Origin: Callorhinchus milii
Lineage: Eukaryota
DNA: 64,000 nt
NCBI RefSeq assembly: GCF_018977255.1
Contig: NW_024704761.1
Span: forward strand, 6,946,001-7,010,000
Reading direction: 5' to 3'
Below the pieces are notes generated by a model that saw only the letters and a list, made by a program, of their open reading frames with translations, did no database searches and had not been told where the DNA came from. Positions 1-12,654 of this stretch are shown here, in pieces (position 1 is the stretch's first letter; every line of letters begins with the position of its first letter). A program made the position numbers and the translations under genes.

Positions 1-64
1 CATTTTGTTGTTGTTGTATCAAGTGCAAGGCTTATTAGGCACGCATGACAAAACGCTACTACAA

Positions 65-125
65 ACAATAATCCTTTCATTTGATATAGCGCCTTATCAT
101 GTCTTCCAGACATCTCACAGATTAT
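65..125 (-). mobile_element. SINE 3' tail fragment
   Basis: Reverse complement of the tail consensus ...gacatgataaggcgctatatcaaatg..ggattatt. Confidence 0.75.
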
Positions 126-1109
126 ACTTTAACTTGAACCTTTTAGGGCAGTTTGCCCGAGAACTTTCAGGGACCTTTTTTGATGAAAAGCTAAATAACA
201 GTAGAAAAACTACTACCTGTGATATTTTTGCTAGTCGTTTTTTTTCAACCAGCCTCTCAGCAATCCCATGAGAAGCGGGAAGTGTAAATCAAGCCTTGAG
301 TTCCACATCTCTCCTCTGCTCTGGCGTCGTTTCCACCAGTATAAACAAGGCGTAAAAGTGCTTCCTGCCTGCCCTTGACTGGTGCTGGTCTTGCAGCCTG
401 AAACAAACAAGTTTTTACCATCATCCCTGGGATTACTAGGAAAACAAATCCCCAACAAAAAGAGCGTGGTTTCAAATTCCAAGCACCTGTCTCCTGGCAT
501 CAGCTTTAATGCACTTTTCATCAAAAGATCTTGCAGCGAATTGCCACCAGGAGCCCCTTTTGTAGCAAAATCGGAAACCAGCGCGAGTGAATGTGAAAGC
601 CAAATGAGCATAGCTGTGCGAGTGAGTGAGAAAACGGAGAATTAGTTCCATAAGGCATCCATTATCCAGATGCGTCGTTGGAATTGGAACTGGCTTGACT
701 ATTTTTTAAATAATTTCCTCCAACTCGTATCCCTTTGTACAGTGGTATTATTGTGGGTTTTGTCTACCTCACCCCCCTGCCAACACCACCCCTGCTTTCT
801 TGCCCTTGTTGTGGTTCTGAGAGAGAGGACTGTAATTTAAGCCTGGGTCAATCTAACCACCGTCAGTCAGACTTAAAAGATATAGCTGACAATGGTTAGG
901 AGACAATCAATATCATATTCCTGGGACAAGAGGAAGCGGCATCTGATCTGGTATTTAATACAGGAGAGTCAGCAGCAAAACCATACTCTGGGGTGAAAGA
1001 GAGAAAAAGAAAGAGTATCGCTTGTCAGAGGTCAGACTGTGAATCCAGGATGTTATTTCACCACTGGCAGGAGAAGTGTCGGACATTTGACTGGAAGGTT
1101 TACAGTTTT

Positions 1110-1295
1110 ATTTTTCCCTCCCTCCCTCCTTCGTTCAAGGTCCGACTCAAAACATACCTCCTTGATTGAACTTTCGGGGTCATCTTTTCTTCCCCTTCCC
1201 CCACCACCCCCAGGTTCTCACCCCCAGCTTTGGCGCTGCTGTTGTCAAGCGCTTCGAAGACGAACGCCCCCACGTGAAAAGCGTTATAGGATTGT
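1110..1295 (+). mobile_element. L2-clade LINE 3' fragment
   Basis: ttcaaggtccgactcaaaacatacctc (FKxxLKTYL-like ORF2 end), C-rich 3' UTR, and tail aagcgcttcgaagacg...cacgtgaaaagcgttata. Confidence 0.6.
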
Positions 1296-1386
1296 AAATT
1301 GTATTGCATTATTTTTCAGGGCTTTTCTGCGGGGATTGTTTTGTGTTTTGAGGAGCAGTGGGGGCGTCACTGACACAGCCTAGTTT

Positions 1387-1442
1387 TGTGGGTGTGTGGT
1401 GGGGTTGGGTGGGGAGTTGGGGGGGGGGGTGGGGTGGGAGGA
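1387..1442 (+). repeat. G-rich low-complexity tract (G-quadruplex-capable)
   Basis: More than four G3+ runs, e.g. ggggttgggtggggagttggggggggggtggggtggg. Confidence 0.7.
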
Positions 1443-2154
1443 GACATACGGCTGCCAGATCTGGGAACTAGTGGAGCTAAATCTGCCGTGAATATTCCTT
1501 TGTTGCAAAGTCTCGCCGAGTCCAAGCAGCTATTTAAAAGCCTCTGGGTGTTGAGGAGGACCGAGGTGGGTGATTGCTCAGAAATCTTTTACTCTAGAAG
1601 ACAACACTGACAAGGTTCATGTACAGCACTGACGAGCTTATTACTTACAGTGACTGCTCCTGGATGCTACAGGTGTTCTCTTAACAATAAAGGTAGAGCC
1701 CCAGGCAGTACAGCAAAATACACTGATGGTTTCCTTGTGCTTTTACAGCCACGTGACGTCTACCTCCAATTACAATGGCACTGAACCACAGTTTAAGCAT
1801 TTCATTTTCAAATGGTATTACGTTACCATTTGTGATGTACCAGAGATGGTTTCTTTCCCCATCCCCACATGACATGATCTAAGCCGACGCAACCCGTGGT
1901 ATAATTCTAATCACGTTGGTAATGATTTTAATAACCACGCACAATAAGGTATTATTATGGTCTCATTAACTTCAACAATGATTTGTTGCGGAATGAGGCA
2001 TAGCATGTCGAGTTGAATCAAGCTGTTTTGCAAAAAAATGTGGCTCCAGGAATCACACACACACAAAAAAACACGAGGTCTGTTTATTCAGATCTCTCCT
2101 TCAAAACATACCAAATGCAGTCTAGTCTGAACTGCGAACAATAAAGGCAGCAAT

Positions 2155-2741
2155 GAACTGTATAGGGCCCTGGTAAGACCACACCTAGAGTATTGTGTGC
2201 AGTTTTGGTCTCCTTATTTAAGAAAGGATGTACTCGCCTTGGAGGGTATACAACGTAGATTCACTAGGTTGGTACCTGGGATGAGGGAGATGAGTTATGA
2301 GGATAGGTTGAGCAATTTAGGCCTATATTCTCTAGAATATAGAAGAATGAGAGGTGATCTTATAGAAACCTTTAAGATTATTAAAGGGCACGACAGAATA
2401 GATAGTGGGAGACATTTTCCCCTGGTTGGAGAAACTATAACCAAGGGCCACAGTCTTAAAATTAGGGGTAAGCCCTTTCACACTGAGTTGAGGAAAAACT
2501 TCTGCACTCAGAGGGTAGTGAACTTATGGAATTCTCTACCCCAAAGGGCTGTAGATGCTCAGTCCTTGAACATATTCAAGACTGAGATTGATAGATTTCT
2601 TGTGGATAAAGGGATTAAGGGATATGGGGATAAGGTGGGGAGGTGGAGTTAGAATAGATCAGCCATGAGCTTATTGAACGCGGGGCAGGCTAGAGGGGCC
2701 GAATGGCCTACTCCTGCTCCTAATTCTTATGTTCTTATGTC
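2155..2741 (+). mobile_element. CR1 LINE, 5'-truncated, ORF2 C-terminus and 3' tail
   Basis: Open frame LYRALVRPHLEYCVQFWSPYLRKDVLALEGIQRRFTRLVPG...LGLYSLEYRRMRGDLIETFKIIKG...RVVNLWNSLP. Tail gaatggcctactcctgctcctaattcttatgttcttatgt. Confidence 0.95.
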
Positions 2742-3479
2742 TGACTGTGTTTTGCTTTCCCCCAACCAACAGGCAGCTATGTTGAGGCTCTTCTGTTGGT
2801 TACAAGGGCTGCATGTCAACACTGTCCCATGTGACCAACTACAGCTCACACAGGGCCACTTTCAGCAGTGGAGCTTGTCATCTTTAGCTTAAACTGTGCA
2901 GTACTGCTGTAGAGACAGGGATTCAACTCCTGGCGAACTGTTGAAAACCCGTTTTGGCTCATGTGAATGAACCGTTATCACAATCTTTTTTAGGGAGATG
3001 CCTGTAGCCATATTTACACTTGATTTAAGGGACACCCCTCCCCACACCGACACAACGTTGGTATCTGTGTCTCACTTGCAAACTGGCAAACATTTGCAAA
3101 CGTTATCAAGCAACACATTGGTTGAAACACCAATTGGCCAGCAATGGCTAAGGACTTTGGCTCGACCACTGAATGGAGCAAATCTGTGTTTGGTTTTAAA
3201 TGAAATGAATGGAGCACAAACCGATTTCACAGTCCAGCTCAGCACAGGAAAGGAAAGGGGTTCAGAACACATCCCAGGCTTGATCTGAACAAGACAACAT
3301 TTGTGGTTGGGCTTAAGCAATTCATCCCTGTAGCCAGGTCAGGAAAATGCAGTGTTACTGAGATACAGGGCAATCCTGTGACTCATTCACCCCTGAAAGC
3401 AGTGCCTGGTGAATGAATGTTACATGCTGTTGAATGGGGAGGGTGAAGTGGCGGGCTGAGGAGTGGGGTGGGGGCTTGG

Positions 3480-3790
3480 AGAGCAAGCTGGTTAGCAGAC
3501 TTCCATCAAGGACCAAGGAGGAGCTCAGTGGTCTGATTTTTGCTACAATTGTCAGCAGAAAAAAAAACAATATCATATAATTATCTAGCGAAGGCCACTT
3601 CCACAGCCACTGCACAAACATTTAAATTTGAATTAGTACTCCATTAAGGTGATGGATTTGTGGAGCATGCTGAATATTGCAAGCTGTGTAAATGATGCCG
3701 CGGCTCACATTGAGAGAGGGGTGATGGATGTTGATAATATTGGAGTGAAGAGAAGAGAAATGCCTCTGGTATGAATGTTTGAGATGAAAA
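3480..3790 (-). mobile_element. Highly degraded L2-like ORF2 fragment
   Basis: The minus strand faintly resembles the L2 ORF2 AFFHLxNI...LS region, with many disruptions. Confidence 0.35.
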
Positions 3791-4199
3791 CAGACTGGTC
3801 ATATCCGTCACTGACGAGCTCCAAGGTCGAATGTGACTGGGGAGTACAAGATCCAGATGCCGTTTATCAAAGCCTACTGGGAAGTTGTGCTATTAACTCT
3901 CTCTGACTCAGGACGTTTTCCTGAAGTAAGAGCAGCATTTGCCGTCCTCTGAAATTCGCACCGTCTTTGAACCTGCTTCCTCGTGTAACAGAGGCCAGAA
4001 GCTCGGAAGTGCACTCATGGCCTTATCCTCGAGACCGTTGTCTTAAAATGGAGGAAAGTGCAGGAAGGATCTGAAGCTATTTTACAAAGGGAAAAGCTTC
4101 AGAATAAGAGGCTTTCAAGTGAAGACATAATTTCTTAAGAATATTTTAAAACTTCTTCACGATCTTAAATTTTGAAACATTGGCCTCAGGGCTTTTGTT

Positions 4200-4310
4200 T
4201 GTCCACAAATTATAGTCAATTCACTTTACAGTACATCCTGTGAAGCGTTTCAAGACATCTGAACGGCGTGATAATGAGCTCTTTCAATTGCAAGGATCAT
4301 TATTATTACT
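4200..4310 (+). mobile_element. SINE 3' fragment
   Basis: agtcaattcactttacagtacatcctgtgaagcg...gcaaggatcattattatt. Confidence 0.8.
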
Positions 4311-5083
4311 TTTAACGGCTTTGTGACTTTTTTTATCATGCCTATACTCCTCCGTTTCACTGTGGCAGCCAGCCTGCTTTTGCGGACATCTGTGGCTGGC
4401 ACTCCTTGCCTGTGGGAAATCTTAACGTGTCAGATCTCTCCTTCCCGCCCCGAGACAAGCATCCCATTGTCGTGTAACACTTCATCTCGTGGCATAAACA
4501 AGACCGACTAAATTCACTCGCTCAAATGGTGATAAGTGAGACTGGAGCCTTCAACCATCTGCTTGGGAGGCAGATGCTTTAGTGCTTGTGCTACCGGGCA
4601 AATATCAATCCCTCGACACTCAACAACAGGCACCGTCAGTCTACTCTGCTAAAAAAAACTGAAAGATGAGCTAAGGGGATACTTTATGATCCAGTTTACT
4701 TTAGATTCAGTTTGAACTCGAGAGGCTTAAAATGCCTCCTGATTTTAGCTTGAAGAACCATTGCTAGTTTCACTTGATCAAAGATATCTTTGCAAGGATG
4801 TTATCTTCCGATTTGTAAAATACATGGAAGAAATGTCCTAAGGAAAGTATTTTGGAAGTAGCAGTATTTAAGTAAGAAAGCGATTTGGACAAAAATATAC
4901 AATTTAGTAACAGAAATATAATGTATTCCTTATAGACACTGCATTATAGTTTCTATAGACTAGCATTCAGATTAGTTTTCAATATCCTCTGTATTGTTTA
5001 ACTATAAAATATGTTATTTATTTGGATGAACCTAAATGTCAGTTTAATGTTGTCAAGCCTTTTGCCAATATCACCCTTGTTAA

Positions 5084-5251
<168 letters not shown>

Positions 5252-5314
5252 TAGCATCGGGGAAACAAACCAATGATGGAATGCCCATTTTTTAATTTAG
5301 CGACTTGCTCCCTA

Positions 5315-5478
5315 CCTCACCTCGTTCAAGATGCATCTCAAGATCTATCTCCTTGACTGCACTTTCGTTACCTTTTCCCTGCCCATCCCTCTCGGCTCCC
5401 ACCCCCAGCTCGGGTGCCCAGTCAGGATTGTTAAGCACCTAGGACGTCCTCCCAGAGTGAAAAGCAATATATATAAAT
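5315..5478 (+). mobile_element. L2-clade LINE 3' fragment
   Basis: ttcaagatgcatctcaagatctatctc (FKxxLKxYL-like) and tail ggacgtcctcccagagtgaaaagcaatatata. Similar to 1110-1295. Confidence 0.6.
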
Positions 5479-6339
5479 TGTATTGTCAAAGAATTCCCAT
5501 TTATTTGTTTATTGAAGGATTGCCCATCTATTTGACCGCAAGATACTTTCAGACTCAGAGGAAAATAACACTCAAATAGCCAATAAATCTTTAGGAGAAA
5601 TATTGATTAACTTATTCAGTCATTTCTTTATCTCTATACATTGCTCATTTATTTGTGGATTCTGTTAATTTGTCTGAATATTATTTTGGGGGTAACACTT
5701 CATCAAACCTTGATTTTTTTAAAAAAAGAGATATAAAGACCGACTGCAAAAATAAAACAAAACAGTCTGGTCGGAGATCAGCCTTATTTAAGTTCTCTGA
5801 TCAGCCTTACTTGAGTTTCCCCTCCGTTGTCTTTTCACCCCTAAATGTAACAATATATTTCATTATTAGTGCAGATTATTTTCACCGTATCTTATCAAAG
5901 AGAGAAATGAAACTAAATTCTGACGCTCCGAATTACGCACCAAGTAAATTAACTTGGGGGAAAGAGGGAAAAACAATTCCAACGCTAAAAATATGCACGT
6001 GCAGGAGACTCCACACATCACAAGTGTGAAAGGCCCATAATTCACAGCACCCCAAGCGAGTGAGGGAATTATGCAGCCACTTGGTCTGTGTGAACGATCA
6101 CCTCTATTTGCCACTCCCCGGTGAGCCAATTATTTTTCCCGTTCCCATTGTTCTTGATAGCAGGTATTGCGCTAAAGTTTTAGGCATTACTTGCTGCATT
6201 ATTTGGAGGTTTGGCACGCATGCAAGCTGTTTACGTCTCGCTAGGGAACTAGTAACAGCGGTTTAATAAAAAAAATTGTTGAAACATTTAAGACTTAAAT
6301 CAGTGACAGTGTTAAAAACTCATTTGCGCTAATAGTAAA

Positions 6340-6500
6340 TCCACGACTGTGTGCAGGACACTGCTGCGCGCAATTGGCTGCCGCATTGTGCCCACAAAAT
6401 ACACAGTCACTCCACTTTACAATATATTCTGTGAAGCGCTTTGAGACGTCTCGAAGACATGATAAGGCGCTATATCAAATGCAAGGATTATTATTATTAT
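6340..6500 (+). mobile_element. SINE, 5'-truncated (Deu segment + B-type tail)
   Basis: gctgcgcgcaattggctgccgc...gagacgtctcgaagacatgataaggcgctatatcaaatgcaagg(att)n. Confidence 0.9.
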
Positions 6501-6700
6501 AAAAGGCACAGCTTAATCTTTGGCGGTAATATGAGTGAGGGTGGTAATATTTGGGGTATGTATAACGGAAAAAAGGAAACTTTGATTCTTTTTGCATGAG
6601 GCTAAATTTCAGCCTACGCTTTTAGAGCTGGGTGATGGGTGGAAAGCGTACCAATGCTAAAAGCAAAAATCAACCGTTTGCTCTGTGGGTATTGTAACAG

Positions 6701-6868
6701 GTACAGAACCTTCTCCCGCTCTGCTGGTATCGAATGGGAGGCGACGGATCAGGAGATTCTGCAATGAGAAGCAGGAAAGTGCGGAAAGCAGTTTCCGTCC
6801 GGTTCGACAACATTCCCTGCAATTGAACAAAACCCTTGGGAGAAAGACTTCAGTAAAAGGAAAAGCTG
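6701..6868 (+). CDS. BAHCC1: Internal coding exon of BAHCC1/TNRC18-family gene
   Basis: Acceptor taacag|GT, donor GCTG|gtgagt. Phase 1/1, 168 nt. The junction with the previous exon gives IQC-TEPSPALLVS, the conserved family motif. Confidence 0.9.
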
Positions 6869-8039
6869 GTGAGTTTATCTTAGACAAGATACAGTCATTA
6901 TTTGCCAGTATTTGTATCAATAAAGCAATCGCACTGCACAAAATTTCACGTAAATGGAAGTGACTTGCTTATCAGATCTACTTTACAAACTACACAACGT
7001 AAAGATCTGTGTCACGGCTGGTCTATTAACAAATATTGGTAAATTGACTGCATGCTTGTGTGTTCCCCTATGTTGTTTATAAGCAAACTATATTCCAGAT
7101 AACTAAAATAGTACATTTAAAGTGGTCAGTGTACAGTATAACCGAGACTCCTGCAGGTTTGTTCAGTAAAACTAGTTATAATAACATTATGAAATAATAA
7201 TAATAATGTGTCAATCAAGCTCATTCAGATGTTTGTGTTTGATTCCTTACCATCAATTAAGGTTATTACAACACTAATAAGTCACCATCCACAAAGCCCC
7301 ATAATGTTACTATCTGTTACTCTCCTTTGTGAACAATCCACCAGGGAAGGTAAGACTTAGTTTGGCAAAAAGGCTGCTCTTCCAGTAGAGAAGAGCAATT
7401 GACCAAATGTGCGTTGGAAGTTACAGAAGTTTGGCTTTCTCTTGAGTTTTTTTTGAAAAAAATAATTATTACATCAAGTAAAAAAAAAACAGATAATGAT
7501 AGTCCTAGTGAAATGTAAACAAGGACCAGGAAATGATCCGATGTTCCTGCGGTGAATAGGAATCAAGTAGGAAAACAGACTTTACAGAGATTTCTTGTTG
7601 AAGGAAATAACAAATCTTTTTGGCAGTGGATGTGATGCAGTGGCCAGGACAGCAGACAGGGTCCAGTGTATACTGACTGCTCTGCTGAAACTAAATATGA
7701 CTCACTGTATATATTTTGACTATTTTAGAAGTCAAACAACTGCAATAAATGCAAATTAATTCAAGGCTGTAAAGATAGTTGGCTTGAATATACAGCAGAA
7801 GGGAACGACCCTCCCTTTTCTTGGCAACCAGGCTGAGACTACAAAGACTAGGTAGCTGTAGTGCCTATAAAAGACATATGGTTGGATGGCTCACTCTTAA
7901 ACACAGGTTCCGTCCCAAAACAGATAAAGTAAATTCAAACAGTCATAGTAGTATAAACACTAAGCAGAATTAGCTGAGGAGCAAACACAAGTGGAAGTAT
8001 AGTTTTGACTATTTCGCATCAATTTACATGAGTCTGCAA

Positions 8040-8368
8040 TACAACAACAACAACAACAAGATTCCATTTATAAAGCGCCTTTCACGTCAGGAGGACGTCC
8101 CAAGGCGCTGCACAGTTGGGTCATGACCCGAGCAGGGGGGAAATGGTCAGGGTGAGGGGAGGGAAGGGAGGGAGAGAGGAGGGGGGAAATGGTCAGGGTG
8201 AGGGGAGGGAAGGGAGGGAGCGCGGAGGGGGAAGAGAGTCGAGAGGGGAGCTGAAGGCACGGTCAAAGAGAAAGGTTTTGAGACCGGCCTTGAAGGAGGA
8301 AAGGGAGGAAGCGGCGAAGGCACTGGGGGATGGAGTTCCAGAGCCTCGGGGCTGAGAGGCTAAAAGGA
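8040..8368 (-). mobile_element. L2-clade LINE 3' end with (GTT)n tail
   Basis: Minus strand reads FSLSAPRLWNSIP..LR, then ttcaaggccggtctcaaaacctttctcttt (FKxxLKTFLF). C-rich 3' UTR and tail gcgccttgggacgtcctcctgacgtgaaaggcgctttataaatgg(ttg)n. Confidence 0.85.
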
Positions 8369-8724
8369 AACTTTCGTTCCAAATAGTATTGGAATGACAG
8401 AAGGTCGGAATAGAAACTGTTATGCATTGGCATCATATGTGTATGCCCATAGCTAGCAATTGTGGCCTTCAAGTGTGTCCACTACATGACTAGATTTCTA
8501 TATTACCACAATGTTGAAATCCCATTGTAATTGTCGAGGCTCCCTCCAGTTCATCCACCTGCTGTGCTAATGACCGATAACAAACATCCAATAGTGCGTG
8601 TAGCCTTAGCACTAATAATCCTTGCATTTGATGTAGCACTTTATAGATTAAAGAGGTTTAATCTGAACTCTGAGAGCTGGTATGTTTCTGGTTCTGGACC
8701 AGGTGCTGCTATTTAGAAGTGTTT

Positions 8725-8796
8725 TGTATAGTGCCTCGGGACATCCTCCCGGCGTGAAAGGCGCTGTACAAATGTAATCTTGTTGTTGTTGTTGTT
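8725..8796 (+). mobile_element. L2-type tail fragment with (GTT)n
   Basis: gggacatcctcccggcgtgaaaggcgctgtacaaatgtaatcttgttgttgttgttg. Confidence 0.7.
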
Positions 8797-9024
8797 CAGA
8801 GAGCACTATCCTTGTAATTGGTTGTCTCAAGCAGCGTTTACAGAAGTTCCACTGCAGTTCCCCGATGCTGTTGGTGCTGCGTATTACCCCCATTCACATT
8901 GTAGGCCAGAATCCATAGCACTCGTAGCAAGGAAATAAGTCAATCACATGTGCAGTTTGAAAAGCCAACAATTCTGATTGTAGTTTCTGATTTGCTTACT
9001 GGTTAGGGAAGGTGTGTACAATGA

Positions 9025-9123
9025 TGCTTCGCCCACACAAAATACCCAGTCAATACACTTTACAATATATTCTGTGAATCGCTTTGAGACATTTCAACAA
9101 AGTGTGTTACATCAAATGCAAGG

Positions 9124-9155
<32 letters not shown>

Positions 9156-9157
9156 TA
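9025..9157 (+). mobile_element. SINE 3' fragment with expanded (ATT)n
   Basis: ttcgcccacacaaaatacccagtcaatacactttac...caaatgcaagg followed by about 10 ATT units. Confidence 0.85.
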
Positions 9158-9524
9158 CAAAGGATTGCGAACACCAATCTGCTGGCTTCTTCCTTCAGCC
9201 AGATCTCGAGGTGGTGGAGGGGTGGTGCTCTGTTATTTTGTTGCCTCCAAAGAAGCAGGGCAGAAACACACCTCAGGATGGGGTGGTCTCCAGTTGGCAT
9301 CCCATTCATCAGTGACACAATATATACAACCGTATTTGGTACCTTGTTTGAGCGCTTAGATGTTCTCTCCCTTGGAACAGGCGGGATAACATCTAAGTGC
9401 TCAAACCAGAGAGTAAGGTTAATTTTTCAGGCTACACTTCTTTTTCACAGAGTATTTAATGCTGCTGGCTAATGTGTTTATTTATTACTCTATTGGAAAG
9501 GACCTTTGCTTTTCCACTACCTGA

Positions 9525-9831
9525 AATAATAATAATAATCCTTGCATTTGATATAGCGCTTTTCACATCGGGAGGACGTCCCAAAGCGCTTCACAGAACA
9601 CACTGTAAAGTGAATTGGCTGTATATTTGTGGGCGAACGCGGCAGCCAATTGCGCACAGCAATGTCCCATAAACAGTCGTAGATTGAAAATGACTAATTT
9701 TATTTTTGGTTTTGGAGGGATTATTATTAGGTGTGTGGAGTAAGGAAACTTGTCCAAGGTTTCGCCCTGGAATTGAACTCAGGTCTCTCGCTTGCAAAGC
9801 AAGTGCTCTAACCACTGAGCTACAGGACTCC
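9525..9831 (-). mobile_element. Full-length young tRNA-Ala-derived SINE (short, A-tail subfamily)
   Basis: Head GGAGTCCTGTAGCTCAGTGGTTAGAGC (box A) and GAGTTCAATTCC (box B), truncated CORE-like segment, Deu segment and L2-type tail. Candidate TSD GAAAT at 9523-9527 and 9832-9836. Near-identical to 27631-27936 and 61733-62060. Confidence 0.95.
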
Positions 9832-10250
9832 GAAATCAAATGCTCTGGGCATTGGACAAGAATCCAGAGTACAAATTGACAGCCTCTTAGCTAATTGAAC
9901 ATCGTTTAACATTTTGTAATATTACCTTCTTTACAATATCACCGTCTACAACTATTGAAGTAGTTCAGGATGAAGTGGGTTGAGAAGACTTATGTTAACA
10001 AAGCTTGTTTAACAGGAAAAACAATCTTTAAAACCTTTAGGAATAATAACAGGATTAATGGTATTTCACTGTAAGGATTACCGATGTATTATGATACACT
10101 AACTGTGCTTTACATGNAAAAAAGTATCATCGTCTATCGCTGTGGTACCTTAATCCATGTAAAGGAATGACTCATAAGCTTTTGTAAAAATGTTTTCATT
10201 GTCAAACAAAACAAGACAAGGATGTTCATTGTCCTTTTCTTTTTCCGAAG

Positions 10251-11384
10251 GAAAAGGAGTTTTAAATTCAGAGGTATCGACTTTGTTGAGAGCGGGACAT
10301 GTGCTCGGTAAGAAGACAGATGCACTAATAAACTGGCCTGGGATTGCCCAGACAAAGAAAAAGGCCTTGAATAAGAACACGGCTATTTTAGAAAACCTCT
10401 TTCAGTTAAACGGAAGCACAAGGAGGATGAAGGTTAAGGAGAGATTCCTTCCTATGCATGGTCTTCCTCGGCCTGTGTTCAGCAGTGGGTTTGAGGTTGA
10501 CTCTTTCAGCAGCATTGCCAACACCTTTGGAGCCTTTTGGTGGCAGCCCAAGTCTGGCAGCAAATCCTAAGCCATTGAAGTCCAGAAAGGTGGAAAAGCT
10601 GGACATGTTGGCACCCAAAGGTGGGAGGAAAAAATCAGGAATGGAATTCCTTGTCAAATTAGATCACGAGGGGGTGATGTCTCCAAAAACAAAAAACGGA
10701 AAAGCCTTACTGATGAGCGAGAAGGAGTTTGGAGTCAAACTCAACACTGGCTATTCGCAGTCGGTGTTGGTCAGTAAAGACAGGAAGGGGAGGGTAGACC
10801 TTCTGAAAGGAAAACATGCTCAGCTTCAAAACCTTCCACTCAGATTAGCCATGACCGAGTACACCGGTCAGTCAGACTTCCGCATGGATTGTGACAGTGA
10901 CAGTCATAGTTCCTACTCTGATATGGACGACGAGGATGAAAATGGGAACTTACGAGACAGCGTCACGTCTAGATATATGTCCAGGTTGTCCGTCTCTTCA
11001 TCATCATCTGCATCTTCATCCTCTTCAACATCTGGTTCTACCTCCACATCCAGCTTGTGTTCGTCAGACAACGACGACTCATCCTACAGCTCTGACGATG
11101 ACTCAACGCTCTTGCTTCAAACTTGTATGACCCACCCTGTGCCTGCAATGCTGGCGCCCTCTGAGCCATTACAAACAGAGACAAAAATGTCACCGCACTC
11201 TTTCTCAGCGAAGTCTGTGATGCCTACTAATAAAGCCAAGCTAAAGAGACAGGAGGAATTGAGTCTTCAAAAGGCCAAGGAGCTGGCAAAGAGGCAAAGA
11301 TTACCATCTGTGGAAAATCGTCCAAAAATCTCTTCCTTTCTGCCAGCACGACAGCTCTGGAAATGGTCTGGCAAACCAACTCAG
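10251..11384 (+). CDS. BAHCC1: Large coding exon (Ser/Asp-rich region and pre-BAH segment) with an apparent +1 frameshift near 10526-10538
   Basis: Polypyrimidine acceptor ttttctttttccgaag|GA, donor CAG|gtacag. The 5' part is in the frame of ORF 10190 (LENLFQLNGS...VDSFSSIA). The 3' part is in the frame of ORF 10458 (EFLVKLDHEGV, SSLCSSDNDDSSYSSDDD, LLLQTCMTHPVP, RLPSVENRPKISSFLPARQLWKWSGKPTQ). Length is 1134 nt but the flanking phases (1 to 0) require 1133. Confidence 0.9.
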
Positions 11385-12327
11385 GTACAGTTTCTATGAT
11401 ATTTATTCCATATGTTTCTCATGCTGATGCCAACCTTTCTTGTCCCCAAATACAATGAGGTGCCATATATAACATGTGGAATTGTGTAGCTTGGCTTGAG
11501 TCCCCGGGTTGTGCATTTGACACCACCACACCATGAAAGGAAGACATTCTCTATCTCTCCCTGGCAGGAGGGAAGGGACATGTCTGGTGTATCCAGAGTC
11601 ATAGCTGCTCCTTTGGCAAATCTATTTAAGTGGGTTGAACTACACCGATCCAGCCTTTAATTTATGTTGCCCTCCCCGTATGATAGATTGCCTCTCTTCT
11701 TGTCTTGTAGTCCATTGAGAAGCTTTGTAACCAATTGACGAAACTTACCCAACTGAGGCAAATACATTATAGCGATATTCCATGGGACTTAAATCCATTT
11801 GATTATATGTCAAGCTCCTTATGCATTTATACTATGGCACCTTTGTTAATTGTCCTTTTCAAAAATGCAAGTGGTCTGGTCTACTCAGAATTGATTCATT
11901 TCAGCTGGGGCTGCAGAGAAGATCCTATAGTCAGTGTTAGCTTCATTGGACAGAGTAGAGGGAATTAGGCAGGACTTATGCTTCTGGTCCAAAGACCTCT
12001 ACGAGAAAATCCATCTATATAGATGTTAAGAGATTGCAACTTGGCTGTGATGCCTCACCGCTCAGTTAATAACTCTTCTGAAATTCATCACCTCGTCTTA
12101 TCCATTGTTTATTTTCATGAGAAACCTAAGGTAAGGGCCAAGGCTGAAATTGATGGACCAACACATTGAAAAGAGTAGGAGGAAAGATTAGATACATTAC
12201 GAAGTCATGGTTAGCTTGATGCCAAGCTTCGAATTTGTGTGGGGTACAATCCAGAAGGCTGTAATTTCTAAAGGGACTTCTCTGAGAAAACGGGAGTTTA
12301 TTATCAGCTCTGTGGGACTTATTTTAA

Positions 12328-12627
<300 letters not shown>

Positions 12628-12654
12628 TGAAACTCTGGCAATTTATTGAGCCTG

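Noticed and set aside
231..645. ORFs of 72-126 aa
   Set aside because: Intronic with no family motifs; possibly a decayed DNA-transposon relic (as at 5870-6330), but this cannot be supported.
3735..3885. Possible upstream Tudor exon (YWSE and AYWE-like codons)
   Set aside because: An in-frame stop precedes YWS, there is no RCLYPG motif, and no suitable splice sites. The real exon probably lies upstream of the window.
10190..11399. Two separate genes (ORFs 10190-10570 and 10458-11399) or programmed frameshifting
   Set aside because: Both are halves of one exon with continuous homology. No recoding signal is evident, and homopolymer-adjacent Ns point to consensus error.
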